DNA from: Podarcis cretensis
Taxonomy: Eukaryota
Direction: 5' to 3'
Assembly: GCA_951804945.1 (NCBI GenBank)
Contig: OX638159.1
Coordinates: forward strand, 29,698,001-29,762,000
DNA length: 64,000 nt
Position 1 is the stretch's first letter. Every line of letters begins with the position of its first letter. This document shows positions 1-15,653 of the stretch, in pieces. The translations under genes were made by a program, and so were the position numbers. The notes under the pieces are model-generated. The model ran no database searches, was not told where the DNA came from, and was given only the letters and a program-made list of their open reading frames with translations.

Positions 1-517
1 TACCCAGAAATTTGACCCAACACCGAATTGCGCCGGCATGGTCAGACAAAGGATGGGGACCCTCAGGGCAGATCATCCGCCAGTCCTACTCCCCATTCAC
101 ATTCATCTCCCTTGGCTCCCTCTACAGGTGGCTGCCCTTGGCACCAGAGGAACAGAGGTGCCCATGCGGACGCCCCTAGTTGATCTAGCAAATCGCTCCT
201 TCCTTTACCCCTTCTGCCAGCATGGCCCACTGGAGAATCCCAGCCCATTTTATTCCACTTGTTTCTGCAACCTTGACAAGGGTGCAACGCTAGGTGCGCG
301 TTTCAAGCCCTGAGTTGTAGGCAAAATGACTGGCAAAGCCATCCCCACCGAGCTCAATGGAGCTCATTCGGAGTGCTCGCCATTGCCGACTCCGTGGGAA
401 GGCAGCGGGGTAAGAGAGGCTGAGAGTCCGGCTGAAGTCCTTGGAGGGGCTTCCGCCAACTTCCAAGCCTCAGAGTGGGTGGAAGGCGAGAGGGGAGCGG
501 AGAACGTGACACAGCTC

Positions 518-519
<2 letters not shown>

Positions 520-562
<43 letters not shown>
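520..562. repeat. (GA)n microsatellite
   Basis: Seen directly. Confidence 0.98.
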
Positions 563-565
<3 letters not shown>

Positions 566-719
566 CCTTGCCTTCCTTCCAGCTTCTCTGCAAATTTCTC
601 CTTCCTTTCCAGCTGTTTTGTGCTGACTCTTCTATGTGATGTGCTCACGGGGTGGGGAGAAAAGAATTGGGAGGAGGGCATTGAGGGAGCATATTTTAAG
701 TTCAGAATCCTCAATGGTT

Positions 720-722
<3 letters not shown>

Positions 723-763
<41 letters not shown>
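723..763. repeat. (TC)n microsatellite
   Basis: Seen directly. Confidence 0.98.
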
Positions 764-768
<5 letters not shown>

Positions 769-789
769 GCCACACAACCCAACTTTGAA

Positions 790-1060
790 AATGGATTCGC
801 TGACAAGTAAGGATAATAAATTAGAGGCGCTTTCAGATAGATATCTCAGACGTGAAATTGCGCCCAGCTGGTTGTGTAAGCAAACAAATAGCCGCCGTGT
901 TCGAGGGCTCGCGCTTGATGAATAGAACACGACAGAGGTAAATGGCTCTTTAACTCATTTAGGAATAAAACTCTCCGGCTCCCCGAGTCAAAGAGCCCCG
1001 GAACGGCGTGGATCCTGAGCGAGCCCTTTTAAACAAGAGTTTTATTGGTTTCCACTTGTG
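790..1060. promoter_or_regulatory. Candidate conserved non-coding element downstream of NR2F1
   Basis: Non-repetitive block with TAAT/ATTA cores, GATA and forkhead-like (AAACAAATA) motifs. Conservation is not testable here. Confidence 0.35.
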
Positions 1061-2186
1061 AGTCCTCATCTTTCCCCAGTTCCTCCCTCCCACCCCCGCA
1101 GGGAGGCCTCGTCAAGGCACCAACTGACTAGTTAAAAAAAAAAAAAGGAAGAAGAAGGCAAAAACTTGTCAGGTTCCGAAAGGTGTAGTAGCCACATGGC
1201 AAACTTGAAAATCTGCCAGAATTATCAGGGCTGGCTCTGGCTGCCTGGCTGCCTGCCTTTCCCGCTAGAAACTCAATAGAAAATATGAACCGACTGTATT
1301 ATTATTTTTCTTTTAAAAAAGATTTCTTCCCTAGCATCAGGACGATATTGCCTTTTCTTTCTTTCTTTCTTTTTAATTACACCCATTTATGTAAACTGGA
1401 GGGGGAAGAGGGACAGAATCCATTTCTCCAAAGGTATTGAGTCTCCCCTACCTCGTCTAGAAGCCCAACCAGCAGAGAAGCCCCTTCTCTTTTACTCAGA
1501 CTTCACTCTGGGGAAGGGACACCGCAATCTCACGCCACAAATCAGTGAGACTTGCTACTTTCAGGCAAATCTGCTTCGGGCCGAAGCTTTAGCTCCAAAA
1601 GGTCTTCTCATTACTAGGGAGGAGCTGGTGTAGGTCTGTCTGCTCTCTGCCTGTCTCTCTCAAGATTCACGAGGCGGGGAAGGGATCTCTCTCTCTCTTT
1701 TTCTCTCTCACGCCACCCGTAATTCCTGGGGGAAACTTCTGTCCGACCCCCATCCTCTGCCTTTAAAAAATTTTTTTGGCTGGCGGAGGGTTCTAAAAGC
1801 AGCTTGAATCTACAACACTTTGCAACCACTTCAAAGAAATATTAAGCTCTCCCTCTCCCCGAGAACGTTTTGCTTGCAAAAAACGAACCCTTTGACTTGC
1901 ACATCACGCACGCATGCACATTTAAAAGAGAGGGATCTATGCCAAAAAGAGTGACTTCGGATTAAAACATTCAGATCTATGTTCTTATTGATGTCTAGAA
2001 CGAAAAGGAGTTAACCCAAGTTGCCTTTTCCCAAGGAGAATGGCCCACAACCTCAAGCTTTCGACCAAAACGCTTTCTCGGTATTATCGATCTCTGCCAG
2101 AGCATCCTTACATGGAGAGCTGCGTTTGAAATAAATTTATTAACCGTTCCCCCTCCCTTCCATGACGTTAAACGTGACTCAACAAA

Positions 2187-2190
<4 letters not shown>

Positions 2191-2232
<42 letters not shown>
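2191..2232. repeat. (TC)n microsatellite
   Basis: Seen directly. Confidence 0.98.
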
Positions 2233-2234
<2 letters not shown>

Positions 2235-3019
2235 TTCTTCATTCCTTCTTCTCTCACCTAATTTGGTAGACATCCACATGTGGCTCCTAGATTCTTATAA
2301 TAGGAACAAATCTGTTATTCGTTGGCAAGTGAACCAGAGCGCTGTGAAGCCCTGAGACACATTCCCTCTTCCCTTGTAAAAAAAAACTGTCAGGGCTCTG
2401 TCGTCTGCCCAGTTGGGCTGAAGTCATTTCATAAAGCCGACCCACAAACACCTTACGTTTAAATCAAGCCTCACAGATGATGGGAGTGGAACTGGCTTGC
2501 CAGATCCCTTTTCCTTTCCGGGCAGCGATGATGATCCACACACAAGACACTTCCAAGTACATCGTTTTAGGCCACTACATTCCGCTCTTATATATGAACA
2601 TTCCTAACCAAATGCGCAGTCCCATTAACATCAGTGGTGGGTCTAAATCCGTCTCACACCAGGGCACCTCCGCTTTTGGGGGGTTGTTCTCGTTAAATGC
2701 AACTGAAGACTTCAAGGCAGCCACATGTCCACATTGCAGAACTAGTTGTTTATTATTATTATTATTATTGCACAATTATTATGTACATTAGGAACTCTGC
2801 AATTCTCAAGCTCCATCGCCAAGGAAGCCCCAAAATTAGATTGACTAGAAAAGACTTAGCTGGGATGTGGGAGAAAAGGAGGTCAGCCACCCTGAGAGTA
2901 GGCAAAAGGCGATGCTTATTGTGGCCTAACGCTTTCGAAAAGCGAGTGAGGTTTGCTTAGGATGCCTGTGTGAGAGAGTGTGCGTATGAGACAAGGGAAA
3001 GAGGGAGAGACCTAGCCAG

Positions 3020-3020
<1 letters not shown>

Positions 3021-3085
<65 letters not shown>
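3021..3085. repeat. (TTA)n microsatellite
   Basis: Seen directly. Confidence 0.98.
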
Positions 3086-3986
3086 GAAGGTCTTGTAACT
3101 GCAGCAAAGAGGAGCAGATGAATCATGACAAAGCAGTAGACAGATAGTATTCTGGTCTTAAACAGGCTCTAGAAGAAGGCGTATCCCAACAGAGCATCCA
3201 TTTCTGTAGAAGGGCAACGGATTCGTGACTGGGTGGCATGTCTAATGGAGAGAACGCCATGTGAGAAAGGATTGGTTTTTAGTCTCAGATTGACTAACAG
3301 ATTCATCATAATATGTAGGGTAGGGTCCAACAACATCAGTTAGTTCTTTAGCGCTTTATACACCCTAATTCGTGTTAAATCGTTGGGCCAAACTAACGGA
3401 AAATCTCCACCAAGCATCATCTGAACAGTGAACACCCTTCCCAAAGGAAACGGTCAGGCTTTGTTGCGCTCGTCAGTAAGGAAAATGCGCCCAGAATATC
3501 AACTTCCTTTTCTACACCTTGTCTAGAACTGGAAGGATTTCTCCACTCCCGGCATTATTGTGTTACAAAATATTATTTAATATCATCGTTCCCCAGAAGG
3601 TCGAAAATGAATGTGGGGTGGGAAAGACGAAGCATTACTCGGGTTTCACCAGGGGTGCATGACATACCAACGCTTAGATTTACTTCTGGTGCGAAGAGGA
3701 CACTTTCTGCGGCCTTTTCGCAAGGATCCTAATCCTATCCGGGCCTAAATCTTCAAGGGCTGTCTGGTCTTCAGGGCGTTGAGGTGACCTTTCCCTACCC
3801 GGTCTATGCAAAAACAGGGCTACCTCCGGCTTTGGCAGCTACATCGGTTTTTTCAGAGCTCGTTCTGGCTAGTTAAGAGCCAAAATGTGCATTCTTACAG
3901 CCTGCCTATTGAAACTGACTAGTCCATAGACTGTAGCTGCTGGCAATGTTATTATGCAGCTGTAAGTGCCCGCCATATAGAAAATG

Positions 3987-3989
<3 letters not shown>

Positions 3990-4035
<46 letters not shown>
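3990..4035. repeat. (TC)n microsatellite
   Basis: Seen directly. Confidence 0.97.
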
Positions 4036-5529
4036 CAGGGATCTACTGCGTCTAGAATATTAAAAAACCCCAAGCGGGTTAGGCTGAAGGATCTTGTTAA
4101 TGCAAAATAAAAAAGTAAAAAAAATATATGGGGAGTGTAGACAGCAAATTAACAGAAAAAGCACTGCCAGTGACTCCTCCAATTGAAAATCCTGCCTCAT
4201 CCTGGATGTGTTTGGAGGGCGAGGGAGAAACTGGAGAATGTGAGGCGGGGGGCGGAGGGGGGGGGGAGACACACACGAATGTTATTTTTAAAGATCCGGC
4301 TTTATTAATACGCTAAGAAAGAGCTCCCTTGGCAGTGTGTGTTCTTAGAGCTCCGTCTCAGATCCTATAAAACATTAATGCACTGAAAGCTGTTACAGAG
4401 ATCTGCAGCGACCAGCTCCAAGCTCTGGGAAAATCTTTACCTTCAAAAGGGGCTCCACTCTGAGAACGAATGGTACGTTGGGGGGGGGGGATGTGTGCGT
4501 GTGAGAGTGTGTGTGTGTGTGTTTTTGGAAAGCTGCTCCGACAGTCATTTGAAGGAGACTAACAGCTTTAGGATTCCATGAGCCCACGGGAATAGGGGCG
4601 CACGCGTGTCCTTGGATCAGTACACACGACCAGACATATGCACCTCCCTCTCTCTGAGGGTGGCTTTAGAACTCAGGGGAAACTCACCAGCCCGGAGGAA
4701 AGACCTGCACCAGGAGGAAATTGCCCGCACCTGACACAGAGACCTTTACAAAGTGTAAGGGGTGGGGAAGGGAAAGAAGAGCTTCAGTCCAGACATGACA
4801 ACACAGAGCTCCAGAGGAGTGGAAATTTACTTTCAGGACAGGCCAAAAACATTTCGCCACCCGAGGCAGAATAATTCACTTCGCCTTACCTTTATTAGGC
4901 ATTTCAGGCAGAACAGCAAATGGATCTCCTCTCAATTAATCCAAGGTGCAAACCCAACGAGAAAAACAAAAAGCCAACTAGCACAAACGCCTCTCGCTGG
5001 GAGCAAAAGTATAATACTAATAAATTAAAAACAACAACAACTATTCACTGTCCTTTCAAGGCACCTCAGAACCAGCTGCCTGAGTCACCCTCCTTACTCT
5101 ATCTAGTGGTAGGGCTGGCCCTGTTTTCCATTCCGGATTATTCTCATAGAACGCCAGTAGGCTCACGCAGAAGTTTAATGGGACTCCCTCCCAGTTAAAT
5201 GAACGTAGGGTTGCAGCCTAAGGGAATTCCTCTTAACTGTCCCCCCACCTCCATTTCGTCAGCATCAGTCACCAGAATCGCATTAAAACCAGGCAGCTTG
5301 GGAATACTGAGAGGTGTGTGCACCTTACCAGCAGCATGACCACTGTATTTAGTTGTTTTTGAACAAAGACCCCACACCTTGGACCTCTTATATAAGGCAC
5401 AAAGCCTTGGGGGGCGGGAAAGAAACCCACCACCCGCAAACCCAAACTTTAGGTCTGCTTCAAGGAACAAGAACTCATGGATTGGCGTGGGAATATGTGT
5501 TGGATGTTGCGCTTGGGTTGCCTTTGTAA

Positions 5530-6516
5530 TTATTATTTTTTCTAAATTCTTTTATTTTTGTTTAAATTCTCACTTCAATTTTAATTCTTGAAGAACAGCT
5601 TCGACAACATATATCGCACTCAATATAAGAAGCAAAGGGTTATATAAAAAATTATTAGTATAGAATCACAGGAAGCCTGGTTTGGAACCAGAAAGAAATA
5701 CAAAACAGATATAGATACATACACACAGAACAATTCCTTGTTGTTTTTTTAATAATTATTTGGAAAATGTTATTTTTTTCCCCTCCCCTAATTCTTGTTT
5801 GTTTCTTGTGGTGTTTTTTCCCCCTCCCCTCTCGCCTCCTTTATGCGCATACGATGTTTTAAATTTTACAAAAAAAGTGAAAATAAAGACTAATATCTTA
5901 CAAAATGAAGAACAATGTTCGTGGAAAGTGTTTCGCCTTTGGGTCCCCCTCCCTCTTTCCCTCACCCCGTCCACCAGTTCAATTCGGCTCCAGGTTTTTG
6001 TTTGTTTGTTTGTTCTGTCTCTTAAACTGTGTGTTTTGTTTTGCTGTACAGACGATAGATCCACCTCAGTCCATCCATCATAAATCCAGGGAAATCCGTT
6101 CTAGTCTTCTTTTTTTAGGGGGGAGTTTTTGTTTTAATCTCTTCGGTCCTTTTTTTAAAATGGTTTTTGTTTAAAGTTTCCCATCTCAGTGTCAATGGTT
6201 TGTTCCACAAAATACGAGGTGTCCATTTCGCCTTCATCATCATCATCATCATCATCATCACCGCCTCTCTCAGCCGGGGTCTGATCCTAAGCGAGTCTTT
6301 CGTGCAGTGTCTGAGGGGTCTGCTCCTATCTCTCTCTCTCTGTCCTCCTCCCCCCTTTCTTTCTGCCTCTCTCTCTCCCCGGATCCCCCCACCCGGCTGC
6401 GTGCGCCCCCAAGGTGGTGGTTGTCTGGGCCGGTCTCTGGCTGGGCTGGAGGCCTTCCTCCTCCTCCTCCTCCTCCTCCTCTCAGGGTCTCTAAGCGGGG
6501 GAGCCCAGGAGGTGCT
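5530..6516 (-). other. NR2F1: NR2F1 3' UTR (approximate 3' end)
   Basis: Follows the stop codon. The AU-rich distal block at ~5540-5730 (ggttccaaacc...tgtgattctatactaataa...gagtgcgatatatgttgtcg...caagaattaaaattgaagtg on minus) resembles the conserved NR2F1 3' end as I recall it. It also contains (CAT)n 6235-6260 and (CCT)n 6457-6481. Confidence 0.75.
5551..5556 (-). terminator. Candidate polyadenylation signal AATAAA of NR2F1
   Basis: TTTATT on plus at the end of the conserved-looking 3' UTR block. No obvious GU-rich downstream element, so further sites (e.g. TTTATT at 4891 and 4301) are possible. Confidence 0.6.
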
Positions 6517-8200
<1,684 letters not shown>

Positions 8201-9199
8201 CCCCCAAAAGGAATTCACGAAATTGCCCATGTAAAATAAGGATGACCCTGCAAAGGCGCTCCAGATTTATTCCTCATAGCAATCCATTAAAAAGGGGAAA
8301 GTGTGGCAAGTGGATTTCGTTGTTGTTGTTGAACTTGCGGGGTGGGGTATCCCTCTCCCTAGTTTCCAAAAGTGGCTTTTAAAAAAAGCATGTCAAACAC
8401 CTTCATCTCCAGGCCTCTGGCCTCCAGCGAAAACAGAGAGCAACCAAGCTGTAATTCTGGCTCTTCTGAGGAAAAGACCCCCATGACCCCAGCCACGGCC
8501 TAAGGAGCGCTTAGATCTGCAATTACCTACGCCTGACTGTTGTGCTAATTTCTACTTTTGCCTTAAATGCAGTGATCATTTGCAACATCTAACGGGTGGG
8601 CGAGGAGGGAGCCAGCTTGCAACCCACACGCGCCCAACAGCGGAGGCCTGCCCTTTTTCGTGGTCCATGGCCGAGAGAGTCCCTGGCCTCCTCGGACGGG
8701 GATTGCTAGAGATCACCAGCTAACTTCTCCTTTGCTATTTGCCTTGTATTGCTACTCGTCCACTCAGGCGAAAGGTTTCTACCCAACTTTTAAACACGGC
8801 AGGACTTCAGGGCCTGACTGCCTCTTCCTCACATTTATCTGGGAGGTCCCATTCCTTAGGGAGGGGGTGAAATATTTATCCCGTCTTTCACCTCCGGCGC
8901 AAAGACCACCACCGGATCTTTGAGAAAAGGCACAGACCAGATAGAACGGAGATTCTCCTGTCGTATTTCCAGTGCATCTTCTATCAGCTAGCTTCTTCAG
9001 CCTGTCTCTCATTTTATATTATAAAAAAAGAAAGAAAGGTCCCCTCAGGTATATATGAGAGGCACGCTTGGATTTTATTCCGCACCCCCTTACTCGAAAC
9101 ACCGGCCAGCTCAGAGGGACTCATCTCCCCCCCTCTACATTTCAAACAAATAGCGCTAGGATCGGGGGATGCTTTCAATCTCCACAGCGAAGCAAGAGG

Positions 9200-9800
9200 A
9201 TCTGAAAATTAATTAAACAATCTATGCTATCTGATCGATTAGCTGATTGAGTTAAGATGAAATAGACCAAAGAAGGGAAAGCGATGCATATTCACCTTCT
9301 GTGAATTACATCTCAGCAAGGATGAAGGGGGCGGGCGGGGACGGGAGAAGGGTGGGTTTGGGTGGAAATTGTGCGTGTCCCACTTTTTAAGATGATCATA
9401 TTTCTTCCTGCAGTCATTATTTCTCAATATTTCTTCCTCCAGTCTATGGCGAAGAAATGATGTAAATAAATAATCATTACTGTTCAGCACACGCCAACCT
9501 GGGCCTTTGTAGTACAGGGAATGTATTTCATGTAACGCATCCAGGAGAGTTTAGTGCTCAGAAAATATAGACGTAATCAGCTCGCATATAACGAGAAATC
9601 AAAGTTCTTATGGCGCAGGAGATAGATTTATTGAGCTGATCTTATCTAACCTGGCCCCTCCGTGGGAGATTTTATATATCGAAGTGCGGGGCGGTGTCAG
9701 AATTAGAAAGGCAATTCTTTAATGGAGTTTGTATATCTCTCTGTGTGGGAAAACAACAAATCAACCAGCGCTACTTTCAACACAATGCTCCTTCCTGGGA
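9200..9800. promoter_or_regulatory. Candidate intron-2 conserved non-coding element
   Basis: Dense homeodomain cores (TTAATTAA, TAATCA), GATA motifs and ATCAAAG at 9598; no repeats. Confidence 0.4.
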
Positions 9801-12356
9801 CAGGCTCCAAACTTTTGTGGATGGAAAATAATATCCGGAACCCAAATGGGCAGGAGGTGGTAGAGGAAGAAGAAGAAGAGGCAAGCAAGAAACTAGAATA
9901 ACTTCCAAGCCAGTGACCCCTGCTGATCTTAAACACCAGTGATCTGGAAGCATTTTACGTTTGGGATCAGGTTGTTGAGTTAAAGCCCCTGGGACCAGGT
10001 GGCTAAAAATGTCTTTTCCATCCATCAAAGTTTCCTTAAAAAGTTGGAGGACTTGGCGAAAGCCGGGCCATCAATTACCTTCTGGCTAGCAATCAAAACA
10101 AGATCAGGCCCAAGTGGAAATGGGTGTAGGGGGTAGAAGTGGCGGCGTTTGAGAGAGGAGGAGGAGGAGGAGGAGGAGGAGGAAGAGGAAGACAGAACAT
10201 AACTAGAGTGGGAATTCTGTGTCTCCGCCATGGGGGTTTCCACCCCATCCGAGTGCTAGAAAATGCTATTATTATTTCAGCTTATATTGGGATGTCGCCA
10301 ATTTGCACTGCCTCGATTAAAAAAATAATGTTGCATTGTGTACCATCAAAATATATGGACACACATAAATATAGCAGATGCAGCTAGCAGTATTCTAAGC
10401 CATCCTGGATTTGAGAAAAGAGGAAGAAAGCGCCTTTCGAGGGGGCGGAGGGGGGGGGTCAAACCTTTTAGGCAAGGGCTTTTGGCGGTGAAGTCAATAA
10501 AGCAGGCCGCCCTCTTTCTTTAACGCTGCGGCCTAAAAGCTGCATTTTCCAAATGGCCGGGCTATTCCCGCCCAGTTTAGATCTAACCGCCCCCCCAATG
10601 AATAAACGAGTTAACAAAAAAGCACGAGGGGCTGCGGGAGGACCCTCCAGTTAAATCACCCTGAAAAATGCCACCAGGGTCTCTTTTTGTCAGTTCTGAA
10701 AAACACGTTTCCGTCAGGCAAGGCTCCTGAAGATAAAACGCACCCCAACGTCTCTGCGGCTGTTCAGTAAATCTCCCCCACTTGTTTTAAGACCTGTACT
10801 TGATTCTCTGCGAAAAAAGAGCCCGGCCTTTTTCCACCCTCGCTCTGGCCTGCATTTGCAGCCAGAAGAACAAGGGGGGGCAGTCACAGTCCATGTCTAC
10901 CAGCACCACGCATACCAATGAGATCCCCCTGTCTAAATAAATTATCCGATGTTCAAATCGATATTAATACTACATTTGCTACATTACAATATTGTGCAAA
11001 TTTAAGAGTCATTTGACTACAATGTAAATACTATTTCTCATGCATGAAAGGCAACAAATATTGATGGGTTTCTCCCCTCCAGCCAGACCCTCGGAAACAG
11101 CTTTGTTTTCCAAAAAGCTTTGTATATCTTCTCGGGCCACTTTTAAACGGGGTTAGGGGCGGGTGGCGGATTTAATGGTATAAGATTCTGAAGGATACAC
11201 ATACACATATATTATATGTATATATATATATATACATATACACATGAGAAAAGTTTTGCAAAAAGTGCTCGGTGAACAGACCAGCGCCGCACCCCTCCAC
11301 CCTCGCAAGCACAACGCCCCCCCGTCCCAAACGGCTCCGCCAAGTTCCCCCTTGTCTTTGTTCCTTATTCCTTGCAGGTTGATGTGTATATATGTCTCTC
11401 CCACAGGTTACAATAATAAAGGATGTCTTGTATTCTTATAGGCTCCAACCGGAGCACTTCAAAGGCGACGTTAATGCACTCTCCTGCAAAGTTAATTTGA
11501 ACCATCTATCATAAGCAAAATTGCTAACATGCACGTTACCCCCGCCTACCCTTAATTTGATATTTTTGCAGGCAATCTGTTACATTTCCCAGTGTTTGCG
11601 TGGTTTTGCATTGTTTAAAAAAAAGAAGAAGGGAGGGAGGAAAGGCATCTGCAGGTTGGTACTCTAAAGCCTCAGGCTGGGTCTTATTTCCTTTATTTTG
11701 AAGGAGGGAAGTAAGTCCTTTTCTGGCGCTCGAATCCATTTTTACGAGCGTCACTAACCACAGCAAGTGCAAATATGAATGGCTTCCGATAAGGGTGGGG
11801 GTGGGGGATCAGGCAGCAATAAAGCAGTATTATTTATGATTTATTTGTGCTCCTGCCTGCCTTATTGGAACAAGATCTGGCGAGAAGCCCTTTCAGCAAG
11901 GCCTAACCACTCTCTCCTCCCTTCCACAAACAAATAAACACACAAACGCACGAGGAAAGGGTGTGGGGAATTTATGCTCCTACCGCGCCCCCCTCTCCCC
12001 CACCTGAGGCCGAAGACCACCTTCTACAATGAACACAACGCTACACCTTCGAGTTAGTCGATTTCACCCAAGGCCTACCGAAGCTGCCAAAGCCACCCGC
12101 CCGCCTAAGGGGAACAATCCCACGAATGCTTAAGAAGACTGAGAGCGCAGGAGGAAGCTGCAGCCGGGCTGCGGGGAAGGCAGGGATTCGTTTTCCCAAC
12201 GCAAAGTGAATTTGGATGAGGCTCTGGTGCGTCTACTGCACAAACCTTCTGCAGTAGGCTGGCAGGTTTGGCCTCAGCAGGCCCTGCGCGCCTTTCCTTG
12301 CTCCAGACTATCCCGGGGGACTATCCCCAAACCAGGAGAGGAAGGTACCTGGGCTA

Positions 12357-12958
<602 letters not shown>

Positions 12959-14597
12959 CTGACGAAAAGAGGGAGAGAGAGAGAAAAGGAGAGGAAATGT
13001 GCATCCAGCAGCCTTGGCGAAACCCAGCCCGCTAGCCGCCGCCGCCGCCGCGCAACAAAGCGGAGCCTTCTTCCCACAGCAACGCGCGCACACAGCGCGT
13101 ACACAGGCTCACAGACACACACACAGGCGTCGGCTCCTTCTCTCACACAGAAACACATAAATCCGGCCGGGAGGGTGGCAAACACGCACAATGCAAGCCT
13201 GTTCCCCCCACCCACCTCAGCTTGCATTGTTGTGCAAATGGGGACATGTATACTGCCTTACAAGACTGCCATTCTCTTTGTAGTAATAGTAATAATAAGA
13301 GGAATGATGAAAATAGTGGTGATGATTATGATGAGGCAGTCCCCGAAAGAACTCTCCAAAGTCAGGGCCCACCTCCAAGTTGCTCCCTCCTAGCCTTGCC
13401 TGATAGCCAGGTAGCCATCCTTGGTCACCTCTCGGCCGATTTAGCGCTCCGAGGATTGGGAATCCGGAAAGGCCATCCCGCGCAGGCTCCCCGCTTTATT
13501 TGCCAGTCCGGAGTCCCACTCAGCAAATAGGCTTGCAAAAGTGCTTGGAGTGGGGGTGGGGTGGGGTGAGGTGAGGTGAGGGGTGGGAGAGCTACCCCCG
13601 CGCCGTCTCCCTAAACAGTTCCCAGGTTCAGCTGAGGAAGCTTCTCTCCTCTTTGCAGCAGAGTTCTTTCTCCCTGGTTGGAGGAGGACGGGGGGGGGGG
13701 GCGGGGAGGAAAGGTTTGACTGCTGTTATTGTTATTAAAAAGGAGGTCAAAATGAAGATTTCGATTTACGGAAGCCAAACATGAGTGTGAGGAGAAGGGC
13801 GAATTATTCTCTGCGTGGTTGCAGATGCATGAACATGAAAATTAAAGGAGGGTGGGAAATATATGCCCACGATCTGGCCAGTGAAAACACACGTTTGCAA
13901 CTGTGCAAAAAGAGACGCGCCGGGCACACAAACTCACGGAATTCATTAACCACCCCAGCCCCAAACGCGAGCATGCTTGGAGTTTCCGAAGCTGAGCAAA
14001 GTTTGTGTGTGTGCGCGTGTGTGTGTCCGGGTCTGCTTAATCTGGGTCAGCAATTCACACTCCTGGCATGTAAACAAAGGTAACTTAGAGCAAAGAGAGG
14101 ACAACTGAGAGTTATTTCTTAGGCGCCGAAAATTAATATTTTCTGTTTCACAGGAAGAGTTATTTTCTTCAGGGTTTCCTGTTGTTAATCATACTTTTGA
14201 TGGGGGAAAAAAATCTAATATTCCCATCGAGCTGTCAGAATCCCCCTTTCCTCCCTCCTCCCTCTGCAAATTATACTTCCAAACCTGGCAGTTCTGTGTT
14301 TCAATTAAATGCAAACACAGTTCAAAGACTGTGAGAGGGCTGTTAGCTGCTATACATATATATCCCTGTGCTCCCTCTCGCTCTCGATATATACATTTTT
14401 CCCGAGACCCCTATCCTGACAACAGCTCTCCGAAACTCCTAAATGAAGTCATCAGTGACCCGTTTTAAAAGGATTTCCATTCTTTCCTTGTGGCACACGG
14501 GAGAGATGTGCTTTATTTTTTATTTTTTCTATTATTTTCAAGCCATTTCCATGGCCGAAAGTGTTTGGCTCATTTGACTCCTAAGGACCTCGTTAAA

Positions 14598-14599
<2 letters not shown>

Positions 14600-14629
<30 letters not shown>
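14600..14629. repeat. (GT)n microsatellite in intron 1
   Basis: Seen directly. Confidence 0.97.
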
Positions 14630-14631
<2 letters not shown>

Positions 14632-14785
14632 CTATACAAGTATGTGTGTGGAGACCAAAAACACCGCCGCAGTAAATCGCTCCTTACTATATATACACAA
14701 GCACACACGTACACCCCCCACACATACAAATACATATAATAACTATTCCTTTCATTCATATAAATATAGATCTCTCTCTCGGAAT

Positions 14786-14787
<2 letters not shown>

Positions 14788-14832
<45 letters not shown>
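14788..14832. repeat. (AC)n microsatellite in intron 1
   Basis: Seen directly. Confidence 0.97.
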
Positions 14833-14834
<2 letters not shown>

Positions 14835-15653
14835 GTGCCACCATAACGCTGGAGGTATTCCTTTTCAAATAAGTACCACATTCCAAAGGCAAGCTATGCT
14901 TAAAAATAATAAGACTAATAAGAACCAGTATTATTGGGATGCAGTATAAAGCGACGATGGCGTCTGATGGAGAAATAAAACAAGCAGCATGCACACGGGG
15001 TGGGAAATAACAGAACTGTAAAAGCAGTGATCGTTCACAAACTTCCTTTGAAAGCACGAGGGAGCCCAAACAAGGCCGGATTTGGCGAGGTGGGATCGCC
15101 TAGCAGAGAGCGAAGGTGCAAGGAAGCAGCCACACAAACAGCGCAATTTAAACACCACTGGCCCTCCAGTTTTTAAAATATATATATATATTATTATGAT
15201 TTTAAAAGAAACAAACAAACTTACACACAACACACGTCTCTTTCAGCTTTGAGGCCAGGGTTGTGGTGGGGGAAGGATCTAACGTGAACTGTTGTGCTTT
15301 CTCTTTCCTCGCTCCCCCCATCTTTCTAATGGGGCGAAATAATGAAGAGAGGAAGGCTCTCTCTCCCTCTCTCTGCCTGCCCCCACCAGCTCCGAGCCAA
15401 GAAAGGAGAGAGCCCCCAACCCAGGAATAGACACCATTCAATCGGTGGTGGAGTAAGAGTAATAGCAACATTGCGCATCTCTAAAGGAAGCAAGTGTAGT
15501 GGTTGCGAAAGTGTGTCTGTTTGTCTGGTGGGGAGGGGGATGCTCGGAGGAGAGGGAGGGGGTACCAGCCTTCTCTCCCTCCTCCTCCTCCCAACCTGCC
15601 CTGGACACACACACACACAATCCGGATCCGAATAGGGAAGAAATAATATTCAC

